Of a stretch of DNA of 64,000 bases, positions 63,232 through 64,000 are shown one piece after another; position 1 is the stretch's first letter, and each line of letters starts with the position of its first letter. A program made the position numbers and the translations under genes. The notes under the pieces were generated by a model. It ran no database searches. It saw nothing but the letters and a program-made list of their open reading frames with translations, and was not told the origin of the DNA. The DNA comes from Candidatus Eiseniibacteriota bacterium (lineage in GTDB: Bacteria; Eisenbacteria; RBG-16-71-46; CAVPCR01), in contig CAWGMA010000001.1 of the NCBI GenBank assembly GCA_963823555.1, positions 1,984,001 through 2,048,000 of the forward strand, given 5' to 3'.

Positions 63232-64000
63232 TTACTTGTACCCAGAAATCGGTGTCGGTGCCGGCGGGGGCAGCGGCTTGCCGGCGTCTGCCTTCTCCCA
63301 GGCCCGCACCTTCTGCCGCGCCTCGTCGAAGAGCCGCTCGTAGTTGCCCTTAAGCAGCTTGCTCCGAGCCTCGGGCGTCAGCTCGGCGAGCAGCGGCGCG
63401 TACATGTCGTAGACCTTCAGGTACTTCGCCTGCTCGGTCGGCGCCACCTCGTCCGTCCCGAACAGGAAACGGTCGGGATAGCGGTTGATCACGTCGGCGG
63501 TCGCCTTGGTCGATTCGGGGGTCGCGACCACGTACTTGGCGACCTCGTCCCAGGAAATGTCGAAATACACGTGGTTGAGCTTCGGGTTCTGGAGCGCGCG
63601 CTCGATCATCCCGAGCTGGTCCTTGACCGGGCCGCACGACGCGCCCGAGACCGATGTGGGCCCAGATGATCGTGGCCTCGGGATGCCGCTTGAAGAGCTC
63701 CTTCAGCTGGAGCGACCAGGTAAGGATCCTGGTTCGGCTTCGGGAACGGCATGTTGACGTCGTTGTGGAGGATCACGACCAGGCCCGACCTCCCCGGCGA
63801 ACTCGAGGATCCGATCGAGCGCCGGGTTCATGAGGCTCGCCGTCTCGCCGGCGATCTTCGATGAGACGAACTCCTTGTGGATCGTGAACTCGCCGATGCC
63901 TGAGAACACGCCCGGAAAGGTGCTGCAACACCCGCGCGATGTGGTCCGCCGCGTACATGTCGGCGGGGTTGAAGCCGGTGATCATCGGGTCGAAACGCGC
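63232..64000 (-). CDS. Amidohydrolase-family protein (3' part); about four +1 indels
   Basis: GIGEFTIHKE, ILHND, IIWAH.GLGR, YFDISWDE, PDRFLFGTD. Confidence 0.82.

Noticed and set aside
61830..63930. About eight frameshifts in glsA, dcaP and the amidohydrolase, read as pseudogenisation or programmed recoding
   Set aside because: All are single-base insertions (near 61840, 62551, 62955, 63001, 63630, 63710, 63785, 63922), with no nonsense codons or motif decay once corrected. This fits low-coverage long-read error; polishing would confirm.

Overview
GC-rich bacterial chromosome segment. FlgD-type and TWGxxK C-terminal motifs on secreted proteins suggest, by inference, a Ca. Eisenbacteria/Krumholzibacteriota/Latescibacterota-like lineage. 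The left half (1-31 kb) is a long minus-strand housekeeping block: proS, nifU, a TPR gene, iscS, mnmA, five tRNAs, tadA, SRP RNA, dnaX (frameshifted), ybaB, recR, mglBA, pgpA, cinA, thpR, recA, recX and alaS, followed by an envelope-sugar operon (rfbA-rfbD-gmhA-EamA-unknown-ubiA-ispE). A plus-strand PLD-nuclease/outer-membrane-protein pair interrupts it between cinA and thpR. The right half is more accessory: a GldAFG-like ABC system, an FKBP, an ArsM-like methyltransferase with an in-frame UGA and SECIS (selenoprotein), a SnoaL-Nudix fusion, lemA/DUF2207/MFS, a DUF222-HNH gene with parS-like palindromes, two glycan-tailoring cassettes (one with three paralogous GT-B-like proteins), and a signal-peptide glutaminase/DcaP porin/amidohydrolase cluster carrying many +1 indels that are probably read errors. 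No CRISPR array, rRNA, phage or classical IS was seen. All family calls come from motif recognition by eye, not database searches.
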